Below, one piece after another: positions 11,082 to 22,525 of a DNA stretch of 64,000 nucleotides. The notes below the pieces were generated by a model, which saw nothing but the letters and a program-made list of their open reading frames with translations, had not been told where the DNA came from and searched no databases. Where the stretch lies: the NCBI GenBank assembly GCA_002269645.1, contig NIVC01000392.1:496001-560000 (forward strand). The letters are read 5' to 3'. The stretch comes from Macrostomum lignano (taxonomy: Eukaryota). The position numbers and the translations under genes are program-made. Each line of letters starts with the position of its first letter. Position 1 is the first letter of the stretch.

Positions 11082-11758
11082 CAGACCCCCAGAACAGGGA
11101 TAGAGAGATAATCCTTCTCTCTCTCTCAAGCTCTATGCAAAATGGCTAAACGCACACGCAGCATCAACTGCTTTCCTGGCTGATAAGAGGCAGCGTCTTT
11201 ATGGTAAGTTTTAATTAAATTCTGGCCAGTTGTTTATCAGTCTAAACGGGTTTCGAGTTGCAGGGGTGCTGCAGCAGGGTACCGTTTAGAATCGGTCTGT
11301 GGCAAGAGGGGCTAGCTAGGGGAGCTGTCTAGACAAGTTTCAGCAGGGTGGCTGCAGAGAGTTTCCAGGTCGGATAATAGATACGACAGTTGTGCGGGGG
11401 CCAACAAAGACTTTACTGGGGCTGTTGCGGTTAGGGTGCGGTGCAGGCCGGACTAGACAAGTTTCAGCAGGGTGCTGCGACAGAGAGTTGCCAAGGCAGG
11501 CCAGACAGGTGGGGCTGTTGTTATTTTTTGCAGGTGGGGTGCTGATAGGAACTTGCGGGGACTGGGGCTCCTGCGATAGAGTTGGGAGGGGTGCCGCAGA
11601 CTAGACTGTGCGCGAGATGTGGTTGCTGGGGTGCGCGTGGGGTTAAAAAATAGCTAGCTTGTTTCAGCAGGAAGGTTGACGCAAACAAAGAGCAGGCTGC
11701 GAGCCCGGGGTGCTAGAAAGTGAATGATTTTTCTTTTTTTTCTACTTGTTTTTTTCAG

Positions 11759-14700
11759 ATGCGTTTGTCCCGCCTGCCCAACCTGAATCTGTTACCGGAC
11801 CGGGTGAGTTATCTAGCCCCCCCATTCCCCAGACAGACCCTAGCTGACTCACACTCCCCTTCATTCCACACAGGTTTTACGGCCTGCCTGGACAGCTAGC
11901 GCGAGCTGCCAAAGTTTAGGACAAAGGGTGTGGAAAATGTGGTGAAGTTAGACGACACTAGTGATTTACGCGAGACATTCGCTAGTATGCTCAAGGTGTT
12001 TAAGCAGGATTTGGCTGGGGATGATTTTATGGCTGCAAAGTTTGAGAACGACAACATGCTCAAAGCGGCGCATACTCCTCCGGTGCGTGCATCCCGCATG
12101 ACAGCCGAATTGTTGTTTAAGCACATTGACAAGATTGTGCAGTCTGATGCCACTGTCCTGACGAGCAACATTTCCATCCGTTTGCTAAAGGCCTGGGTGC
12201 CTCGGCGTGGCTGCTCCCTTGAGAACAAGCATCTGGAGGAGCGCCATGCTTTCTCGCGCCACTATGACCGCATCACCAACATGAACAAGAGGTGCCTGCT
12301 GCGGGCTTTGGTCGTGGCCTGCGCCTATCTACAATTTGTGGCCAAGACAATCACCAAGCGGTTGTGGCAGACAATCAAGGCGAATTCACCAACCCAGACT
12401 AAGCTGGTGGCTGAGCTAAAAATCGATGCCGGGCTCTACACTGTAGGTTGTGCACTGATTTGCATGGTATTTTTACGATAAGGATTGCTAAAAAAAGAAA
12501 TATTTTACCCCCTACACAGACTCTTCAAACTGTCTCGCAGGCTGGCCCTTTTGGAGTGAATGTACTGCCCGAGGCGATCCGGGCCCTGAACCGCTTGCAT
12601 CCCGGCCACGACTTTGGTGTACGGGTGTACAGGGCAAAGAAGGCAAACAGGTGCATCTATGAGCTGCCGGGCACCGAGATTCTGCACCTGCACCTGGTTG
12701 AGCAGCACTATAATGTGATCACCAAGTTGCCAGCGTTTTTCGGCTCTATGCACTACTGCTCTAAGTGCGAGATGACCTACGACTTCACCAACGCCAAGTA
12801 CAAGTGCGTCGACGCCTGCAGCACATGCAAGACCCCTGGCTCCAACTGCAAGGCCAACCGCGCATATGTGAGATGCCATGATTGCGGGCTAAATTGTCAT
12901 AATGCTCAGTGTCTAGAGAATCACAAGCGCAAGAATAAGGCGGGTAGATCTCGCTGTGATTCAGTCTAAGTTTGCGGCACGTGTGGCTATCTAGAAGAGC
13001 TAAAAGTAGGCCATTCCCCCGAGCATCAGTGTGGTCACGCCAAGTGTCCAGTCTGCGAGCAGTACGACGAAACTGCCACCCACTAGTGCTTTGTCACCCC
13101 ACCCAAAGCCAAAGAGTCTAGCGCCCCGTACCTTTACTACGATTTCGAGACGTACGTTGACTCGAAAAAGCAGCACCGGGTTCACTTGGTCACAGCAGCC
13201 ACATCGTGTGAGGCGTGTCCCAAACTCTTCTCCAGCCCCCGCTGCAGCGCGTGTGGGGGTTGCACAGCTCGGCCAATTGCATTGCGGGGCGCGATCTGGC
13301 ACTCAATTTTACTGGCTGTCTCCCACAATGACTGTGCTTGCGGGATGCGAGAGTTTGTTTCGGTTGGGCCGCACTCTATTGATGCCTTTTACTGCTGGCT
13401 GACTAGTGTGTTCAAGCAGGGGGCTATTGCTTTTGCGCACAATGGCTCTGCGTATGACGCATTCCTCCTGCTCGGAGACCTACTCAACGGACTGGCCAAG
13501 AAGAAGCCTTAAGTGATCTTCCAGAATAGCCGCCTAATGTACATGAAGAGCGATAAGATCGTATTCAAGGACAGCCTCAGCTTCATCCCTATTGGTCTGG
13601 CGCAATTCCCAAAGGCGCTTGATTTGGGCACCCAACTGACCAAAGGAGATTTCCCGCACGTGTTTAACCAACCGCAAAACTGGGGCTACGTGGGGCCTTA
13701 CTGCTCAATTGAAATGTATGGCGGGAAGAAGAATAAACAGCACGACTCCATCGCTGACTGGCTGGCCAAGCAGGAGGGCCGAGTGTTTAATTTTAACGGG
13801 GAGTACTTGGACTTCTGTCTGCAGGGCACTCTAATTTTGCGGGAAGGCTGTCTAAAGTACACCCGCCTGATTAAGGACATTTGCGGACTGGACGCATTTG
13901 TCCAATCCAACACCATTGCGGGCTTGGCCATGGCAGTATTCACCACCAAGTTTATGGAGCCCAACACTCTTGGGGTGATTTCCCGCCGGTCAGATGTGCA
14001 GTCGTACAAGGCGCGGTGCTGGCTTGCACATTTGAATGCAACCGAATTTGGCGGCCGGTTGCAGACAGCCGACTCTGGCGGCGAGGCTTTCGCCATGGGC
14101 CGAAAGGTGGACGGCTTTGACCCGGAGACTAGGACAGTGCTCCAGTTTCATGGCTGCTTCTACCATGGCTGTCCCAATTGCTTCCCCAACGGCGACGTGC
14201 TGCACCCGCTCAAGAACCAGCCAATGCGGGCAATTGATGAGGAAACTGAGCGCTTCACTCGGCTGCTCTCCACCGCCTACAATATGCGTGTCCTGTGGGA
14301 GCACGACTACCAGGATGAGGGAGCGCCAGTCTAGCCTCCTATTCGCCTGGAGGAAGCCCTGTTTGGCGGCCGCACCGAGGCTTTTGTCCCGCACGCCGAG
14401 GCCACCGAGACTGTGGAGCTGCGCTATCGGGATGTGGTAAGTTTTTTTCAAAATTTTTCATGTACACTTTTCAGATTATTACTTTTCCTCTCTCTAGGTG
14501 TCGCTCTACCTGACTGTCAACAAGTTTGACAAGTACCCTGTCGGGCACCCGGTTCACCACCCCGAGCCTCATCTACTGGATGAGCAGCAGCTGGTCCGGT
14601 ATTTTGGTATTGCTGAGGTCTCAATTCTGCCGCCAACCAATCTCCACATTCCGCTGCTGCCCGCCAAGATTAGCAAGAAGCTGGTTTTCGGCCTCTGCCG

Positions 14701-14812
14701 CGTCTGCATGGAGACCCAGTGCAGCAGCGAGTGTACACGCAACGACGCTAAGAGAATGCTCCGCGGCACGTGGTCGACCCCAGAGCTCCACAAAGCCCTG
14801 CAGTTGGGCTAC
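11759..14812 (+). pseudogene. polB: Protein-primed family B DNA polymerase of Polinton/Maverick/adintovirus type; intron-containing, nonsense-disrupted and 3'-truncated
   Basis: vOTU-like Cys (NKRCLLRALVV) and His (EQHYNVI), Cys clusters, ExoI YDFET, ExoII AHNGSAYDAF, KDSLSFIP, KGDFPHVFN, a VSR-like insert (KVDGFD...FHGCFYHGCPNC), LFGGRTEAF, motif A YRDV|VSLY and YPVGHP. Introns at 11804-11873, 12443-12519 and 14437-14497. Motifs B and C are absent. Confidence 0.9.
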
Positions 14813-14899
14813 CTGGTATCTCACCCAGGTTTCTAGCTAGCCAGGTGTATTCCACCTAGGATTTTACTAGGGATGGTTCGGTCGTTTACATAGGTGTTC

Positions 14900-15085
14900 T
14901 TTGGCGATATATCATCAAGTATCAACTATTATCTCAACCTGATATCTCAACTTGGTATCTCAACTTGGTATCTCAAACTGACATCTCAACCTTGTGTCTC
15001 AACCTGGTGTCTTAATCTGGTATCTCCATCTGGTATCTCAACCTGGTATCTCAATCTGCTAATTCAATCTGGTATCTCAACAGAT
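14900..15085. repeat. Degenerate 13-bp tandem repeat (TGGTATCTCAACY)
   Basis: About 10 copies. The same motif (CTGGTATCTCA) appears at the polB breakpoint, about 14813. Confidence 0.75.
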
Positions 15086-15149
15086 ATAACGAACTATTTA
15101 AAACTCGTAAATTTCCTGCCATGTTGCATACTTGTTATTACCCGATATT

Positions 15150-18100
15150 CACCTGGAAATGCCCATGCACGCATGCTGAGGTCACAGCCATCGGCGCCAA
15201 GGGCCGGTCTGGTCTGGTCACCCAGCCGGGCGTGGACCTGCCGCCAGGCCGTCTGGCCGAATTCGCCACCGATTTCGGCCAGGGCACCACCAATCGGGTC
15301 CAGCAGCTCCTTATCGAACTGGGCCGCTCATCGTCGCTGGACGCCACCCTCAGCGGAGTCTGCATCCGGGAGGCTGGGAACTGGCTGGCTAGCGCCATCA
15401 GCACCAATTCTGATGGCGGCTGACGGCTATTCGACGCTGGACAGCCTTGGAGTTCGGCGCCGCGTCCGAGGCTGGCGCTGTCTGTCACGACGTGCCGTTG
15501 GATCGCGACCTCCGGGTGGTTGATTACGTAATCGGAGTGAGGGAGTTTCTAATCGGAGGGCTTGGAGCCTCGACCGCCTAAAATTTTCACCGTGGAAATA
15601 CAGGTGGGAGTTAGTGATGATTAGAAATTTTAGACACAGAGGCCTCAGACCTGTTAGACACTGAAGCTTCACACCTGTCAGACACTAAAGCCTCACACCT
15701 GTCAGACACTGAAGCCTCACACCTGTCAGACACTGAAGCTTCACACCTGTTAGACACTGAAGTCTCACACCTGTTAGACACTGAAGCTTCACACCTGTTA
15801 GACACTGAAGCTTCACACCTGTTAGACACTGAAACCGTTCACGTGTCCACCTGTCAGGGCCGTCACGGCAACACCGGTCCTCGCTCACTCAGTCCCCGGG
15901 CCCTCCTACGTGACGATTTCGGTCACCGACCCGGCGGCATGGACACCTTCCTGGTGACCGCGGTGTACGTCGGCCCACCGCTTCGCTTGACCATCGCGCT
16001 GGACGTCAGCGACTCGTCCAACGCCACCACCGACGACGCCGCCGCTGAAGTGCCCGACGCCGTCTCCTGGCCAATCGACGCGGTTCTCCTTCGCGAAGGC
16101 CAGTTCAATCCATACGAATTCCGATTCGAAGTCGGTGGCGGCGTCGCCAAGCTGACACCGAATTCGGCCAGCCTGCAGCTGCGGGATGCTCAACGGGTGC
16201 CAGCGACTGGCGACCTCTCCGGCCTTGCCGAATTCCCTCGAACCACCGGCAGGTTCAACGTCGTTCTCCACGTTGGTAGCGTTGGCTGGTCGGGCCAGTC
16301 GAAAGATTGCCGGCTGCGATTGTCGGCTAGCGGGACCGCCGTGCAGACCGGCACGCATCCGCAGGAGCTGCTCCTGGCCGCTGAGCGAGGCCTAGCCAGT
16401 TATTCTGTCCACCGATTTCTGCTGGACTTGGACGAGATTGGCGAACTGACGCGACTCCGCCTAGACCTGAGTGGAAGTCCGGAGGCTCGTCTGGAGGTGA
16501 CCAAACTTCGGCTGTCCGATGCAGGTGAGGCTGACGATTTTCTCTACCGTTTGATCTGACAGCAAATTCATAGCGAAAAATCCAGAATAGAGCAATCTTA
16601 CAGTGTGGAAGCCTAAAAAAGACAATTCTAAAAAGGGGAATCCTAGACGGAATTGTCAAAGAGGAAATCCCAAAGGGGAATCCCAAATCGGAAAACCCTA
16701 CATAAAGGAATCCTGAGGAGGGGAATTCCAGATAAACTAATCCCAGATTGAGGAATCCCAAAGATGGGAATCCAGATTGAGGAATCCCAAAGAGAAGAAT
16801 CCAGATTGAGAAATCCCAAAGAGGGGAATCCAGATTGAGGAATCCCAAAGAGGAGTATCCTAGATAGAGGAATCCCAGATTGGGGAATCTCGAAAATGAG
16901 TATCCTAGATACAGGAATCCCAGATTGAGGAATCCCAAAGAGGGGAATGCCAGATTGAGGAATCCCAAAGAGGGAATCCCAGATTGAGGAATCCCAAAGT
17001 GGGGAATCCCAGATTAAGGAATCCCAAAGTGGGGAATCCTAGATTAAGGAATCTCAAAGAGGGGTATACTAGATAGAGGAACCCCAAAGTAGGAAATCCC
17101 AGAGATGGAATCCCGAAAAGGGGAATCCCAAAGAAGGAAATCCCAGATGGAAGAATCCCAAAGAGGGTAATCTAAAAGAGTGGAATCCAACGAGCGATAG
17201 TTTAAATCAGTGGAGTGGGATCCTATACCTGTTTCATTCAATCCTAAGCATTCCGCAAACGAACGATTTATTGCAGGCTCAAGCGCCGAGTTCTTTCTGC
17301 CCGTGAATCGAGTTCTCGCCAGCGGCGAATCCGTAGAACTGGCCGCCAATCGGCCGGGCGTGCCGCAGCCTCGAACCCTGGCCTACCAGGTCAGCCTCCG
17401 CCTAGGCAAAGCGAGAAACTCGGCCGGTTCGGGCGATTTAACCGCCAACTCGCTCGCCCTGACTTTGCACGGCGATTTGGGCGAATCCGGCTCGATGCCA
17501 CTGCCGCCGAGTCACCAGCCGTTGACGCCCGGCCAGACCATTCACGCTCGGCTGAACTGCCTCTCCGTTGGCCAGCTGTCCGGATTGACTATCGGACACG
17601 ACTGTCCCGGCCGGGGTCAGGGTGTCTATATCGATCACGCGACTGTGTCCTACTCGGATCCGACAGTCGTCACAGTGTACTTCCCGGCGAGGCGGTGGCT
17701 GGACGCCGGCTGGGGCGACGGGTTCACGCAGGCAACCCTCAGTCAGCCGTCTGACGATGCGGCAGCTTGCTCCGAGTCCGATTGGCTGCTCGAGATTCAA
17801 ACAGGTAAAAATAATAAGAGCTCTGGAATTTATTATCAAGTTGAATCTCCTTCAGAAAAGATTTTCCAGAGATCCAATTAAATTTCCTTTCCACTTCTTC
17901 GCCACTCAGACACGACCGCCGAAGACTCGGAAGCTGCCTCCGCCGCCCTGGAGTCAGCCGCTTCTGCTGGTCGACTTCAGGTTCGACTGCACCCAAAAGT
18001 CGGCGCCGATGGTCGCGCCTTCGTAACAGAGATTGGCAAAGCGACAAAGGATGGCGAAGAAGACGAACCCGCCGATGAATCATCGGATCACGATGAGGCA

Positions 18101-19425
18101 GACGAGTCAAATCCACCGATGCTGCTGACGCCGCTGGCTGCAGACTTGACAGCTGAGCACACAGCGGACCAAAAACAGCAATCCACTCGACGTTGCCTGT
18201 TAACCTTCAAAAGGCGAGTCGATGCGGACAGTGATGACGACGTCGGTTCGCTGACGTTGATCCTGCAGCCGCCACTCGACCGGTCGATTCGCGTTGCTGC
18301 AGTCAGTCTTGCGGAGAGTCGCTACAGTCGCTGGTGCGTGAAATTCCGACCGACTCCTGAGGGTCAGTCGTCGCCATTGTCGTCGGCCGAGCTGACGGAG
18401 CAGCTGCGCCTGGCAGCATCAAGTCCGACGGAGACGGCCGTGGAGAAGTTTCAACCTGTTGCAGAATCATCGGAACGAAGCGCCGTCACATTCGGTCAAT
18501 GGCGCTTGGAAACTTGGTCGTCGGCAGCCGCGGACGATGCCGATGCAAAGCTGCCACCAGGCTGGATCGAGTTTTTCAGCAGCGGCGACGTGTCGAGCGG
18601 CCGGCTGCCGTTGACTGGACTGCCTGGTAATGGTCGAGAAGAATTCCTTGTTAGTTTTGATCCCGTCACGGTCCACGAAGTGTTCAAGGTTCGCCTGGGA
18701 CTGGAAGAAGCGACCGAGACGAGCGGTGGAGGCGTTTGGAAATTCGACAGGGTAAGTTCTGGTGAAGGATTCTAGAGGGTAGCTAATGATTTTAAAATTG
18801 TGCCTAACAGCCAGCCAAATCAGCCAAAATTGTCAGCGGCACTAAACAACCAATCAACTTCCTTGATATTTGACAGATCCGACTTCAAGACCGGGACACT
18901 ATGGACACGTTCGCTTCAGCTCAGCAGCATCAGCAGTCGCTAACGCCCGGCGACTGCATCGAAGTTCAAGCCGACTGGCCGGGCTCTCGCCTACTCGACA
19001 CTGTCGAATACGAAGTGGCGCTGAAAGTTGGCGCCGGCGCCAATTCCGGCACAGCCGGCGGCGTCTTCGTAAATTTGCGCGGCACCGTAGCTGGCGAAGA
19101 GAATACTTCGAACGGCCCCGGTTACGGCGGCTCAACTGGTGAGCGGCTGCTGGCAAGGGGTCTCGCCACGGGCCAGGAGGTTGTTCGTCGATTCCGGTCG
19201 CTTCGCCTGCTGCCAAGCGTTGGCCGAGTGAGCCTTCGCTGCAACGCCACCGGGCCCGGCAATGGAATCTTTGTTGAGCGTCTGACAGTTCGACTTGTTT
19301 CAGGCGACGATAATAAAAAGCTGACGTTCCCTGTGCACCGCGGTCTAGACGAGGGCGACGAAGACAATCGGCTGACCATCGAGTTGTTTCCAGCAACCGC
19401 GGCTTCGACTGCAGGAGCAAAATAA
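15150..19425 (+). CDS. Multi-PLAT/LH2 domain protein (LOXHD1-like); 5' part missing or damaged
   Basis: In-frame spliced exons 15858-16524, 17277-17804, 17910-18751 and 18877-19425 with canonical GT-AG sites. PLAT motifs include YQVSLRLG...LTLHGDLGESG...GQLSGLTIGHD...YFPARRWLD and YEVALKVG...VFVNLRG...IFVERLTV. The upstream PLAT-like fragment 15150-15530 has an in-frame TGA at 15421-15423. Confidence 0.8.
15640..15835. repeat. Intronic 24-bp minisatellite (CACACCTGTYAGACACTGAAGCTT)
   Basis: About 8 copies immediately upstream of the acceptor CACCTGTCAG at 15857, which has the same core. Confidence 0.9.
16640..17170. repeat. Intronic minisatellite of about 30 bp (GAGGAATCCCAGATT / GAGGAATCCCAAAGAGGG)
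   Basis: Repeated AATCCCAGATTGAGGAATCCCAAAG blocks. Confidence 0.85.
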
Positions 19426-20396
19426 CCCCCAGATATGATAACTGATTGAATATTAGCACTTAACAGATATCGTAAATTTGCTGCGTGTACTATGGCGATG
19501 AATGTACATGGTTTTGGGGCTCTCTACGAAAAACGTAGTCTATAAATAGCTACGTGACAAATTTCCTTGACTAGATGCAGTTTGTTCAAATTTGTTCTGC
19601 TGAGGAAAGTTCTTTTAAAAATCTTATTGATGGCGAGAATTTTTATTTTATACTGTGGGATAACTATTTTTTGTTTTGTATAAGTAATTTCTGATTAACT
19701 GATTTTATGCAAAATGAAAATATAAGACTCAGATTGATCTTTGTTAAGTGAAAAGTACTTTTATCCACTCACAGAGCTACGATTTCTGATATTTCCTACG
19801 TTTGATACTCTTCATATCGTACTTTATACCAAATATGATATTTTATATTCCTTCGCAATTTTGTTTAAAGTAACGATTTGTTTAAATAAGTCTATTAAAA
19901 TAATTCTGAAATCAACCGATGCACCACGACAAGATACTCGTATATTTATTATTAGTTTTAGCAAAAAATGTGTTATTTTAGAAAGAAATATTTATTTATT
20001 TTTACTTTTAAGACCAGGTATCTACGAACTAGTACTTGACTGTTGTAAATGTGCGTGTACCTCTGCTCATATTAAATTTTACACCAAAGTTGTAAGTCAT
20101 TTCAGTCACCTGGTGTGACTCGCGATAGTTACTTTCCAAGTCTTAAAAAACTCACTCCGATTCTAAAAGGGTGTATCTTATTTAATCTTGTAGTGTAGAA
20201 TGATTTTGATGTAATAATTGTGACAGTTAAATAAAATAGTTGAAAACTGCACGCCTTTTAGCCGCTTATTATACATGCAACGCAAGCACTTGAACTTAAC
20301 TTGATACGCCTGTGGACTTAATCATTATTCATTAAATAGTCATCTGTGTCATTCATGAAGCAGTTTCTTTATAAATAAATTTTCTTTAGAATAATA

Positions 20397-21085
20397 GTAC
20401 ATTAATACCCATGCTTTAAGGGCGTTAATGGGAAAATCAGAGGGCAATGGTACAAGAGGATTTCTCATTGTACCATGACCTTTGTGCCCGCTGGGCACTT
20501 ATTCTTGCCTTTTAATGCCATAGACTACATTTAAGCCCGCTTGCAGAAGTCAAACTTACTTACTTTACTTACTTTAAAGAGTAAAAAGCTCTTTAGTTAA
20601 ACTAGAGCAATAGAAAACTCAGTAACTCACGCTCAGTACTCATCAGTACTCACTGATCACCGAATTTGAAGTTGCAATTGCTGATACTAGACTAGAGCAA
20701 TACTAGAGCACTGACTACTAGACAAAGAGCCCGTTAAAAATGTTCAACTATTTGCTGCGTTTACTTTTCGTAAAATAGAAAGTTGTGTTGTTGCATTATT
20801 GCACGCTGAAAGCCGCCAGCGTGCATTTTTGGCGCATTATTGCACCCTGATTGTCAATTGTCTATGGTAAAATCTCCATTATTTTGACTCACTTGTTGGC
20901 TAGACTATATGATAATGCAAATTAATGTCATTAACTGCCCGCTAATTTTGTCCCACTTTGTCAAGGACAATGGCACAATATTAGTAATATCCATGCTTTG
21001 CGGGCGTTAATGAGAAATCCTCGGGCGCCTAACGGCGCCCTTTGATTTTCCCATTAACTCCCTTAAAGCATAGGTATTAATGTAC
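20397..21085. mobile_element. MITE with about 50-bp TIRs flanked by TA (Tc1/mariner-type)
   Basis: The left end GTACATTAATACCCATGCTTTAAGGGCGTTAATGGGAAAATC matches the reverse complement of the right end. TA at 20395-96 and 21086-87. Confidence 0.8.
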
Positions 21086-21114
21086 TATTAATACATGTAA
21101 ATATCTAAATATGT

Positions 21115-22525
21115 CTATATGCTTGCTGTCTTAGGGATATTTGCCATCTGGGAAATGCTTGCTGTCAGGAGGATGCTTGCTGTCTAGATCTGGGGGATGC
21201 TTGCTGTCTGGGGGATTGCTTGCTGTCTGGGGGATTGCTTGCTGTCTGGGGGATTGCTTGCTGTCTGGGGGATTGCTTGCTGTCTGGGGGATTGCTTGCT
21301 GTCTGTGGAATGCTTGCTGTCTGGGGGATGCCTGCTGTCTGGTGGATGCTTGCTGTCTAGATCTGAGGGGATGCTTGCTATCTGGTGGATGCTTGCTGTC
21401 TGGGGAATGCTTGCTGTCTAGGGGATGCCTGCTGTCTGTGGAATGCTTGCTATCTGAGGGATTGCTTGCTGCCTAGAACTCTGTCTATAGAGTTCTGTGG
21501 GATTGCTTGCTGTCTAGATCTGGGAAATTGCTTGCTGCCTAGATCTGGGGATTGCTTGCTGCCTAGATCTGGGGGATTGCTTGCTGTCTGGAGGATTGCT
21601 TGCTGTATGGGGATTGCTTGCTATCTGGGGGATGCTTGCTGTCTGGGGGGCTCTTTAATGTTTGACCTGGTGGCACCTTAATGTAATGATTTGACTGTCT
21701 AGATCTGGGGATTCTTGCTGTCTGGGGAATGCTTGCTTGCCGTCTAGGGGATTCTTGCTATCTGGGGGATACTTGCTGTCTGGGGATACTTGCTATCTGG
21801 GGGATGCTTGCTGTCTGGGGAATGCTTGCCGTCTAGGGGATGCTTGCTATCTGGTGGATGCTTGCTATCTGGTGGATGCTTGCTGTCTGGGGAATGCTTG
21901 CTGTCTGGGGGATGCTTGCTGTCTAGGGAATGCTTGCTGTCTGGGGGATGTTTGCCGTCTAGGGGATGCTTGCTATCTGGTGGATGCTTGCTGTCTGGGA
22001 ATGCTTGCCTTCTAGGGGATGCTTGCTATCTGGTGGATGCTTGCTATCTGGTGGATGCTTGCTATCTGGTGGATGCTTGCTGTCTGCGGGATGCTTGCTG
22101 TCTGCGGGATGCTTGCTGTCTGCGGGATGCTTGCTGTCTTTCTTTGCTTCCCAACAGGGGGCTTAAATTGCTATCTGAGGGATAGCTTGCTGCCTAGAAC
22201 TCTGTCTATAGAGTTCTGTGGGATTGCTTGCTGTCTAGATCTGGGGGATTGCTTGCTGCCTAGATCTGTCGAGATCTGGGGGATTGCTTGCTGCCTAGAA
22301 CTCTGTCTAGATCTGTAGGATTGCTTGCTGCCTAGATCTGCGAGATTGCTTGCTGCCTAGATCTGAGGGATTGCTTGCTGCCTAGATCTAGGAGATTGCT
22401 TGCTTGATCGATTGAGAAGGAAACTTTGGCTGGTGAAGGAATAAGTAAGGTTATTACTCATAGGCCAAAATAAAAACCACTTGGCGTTATTCTTGCGCCC
22501 CACAACGGGGGACTTAAATTGCTAG
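21115..22525 (+). mobile_element. Helitron-like element 3' part: 18-bp minisatellite array (GATGCTTGCTRTCTGGGG), then a hairpin and CTAG
   Basis: About 65 degenerate 18-bp units at 21115-22400, a GC-rich hairpin-like GCCCCACAACGGGGG at about 22497-22511, and CTAG at 22522-22525 followed by TC. Confidence 0.75.

Noticed and set aside
11759-14836. TAA/TAG-to-Gln genetic code for the polB module
   Set aside because: An in-frame TGA and other point lesions are also present, and neighbouring genes use TAA as a normal stop. Mutation is the simpler explanation.
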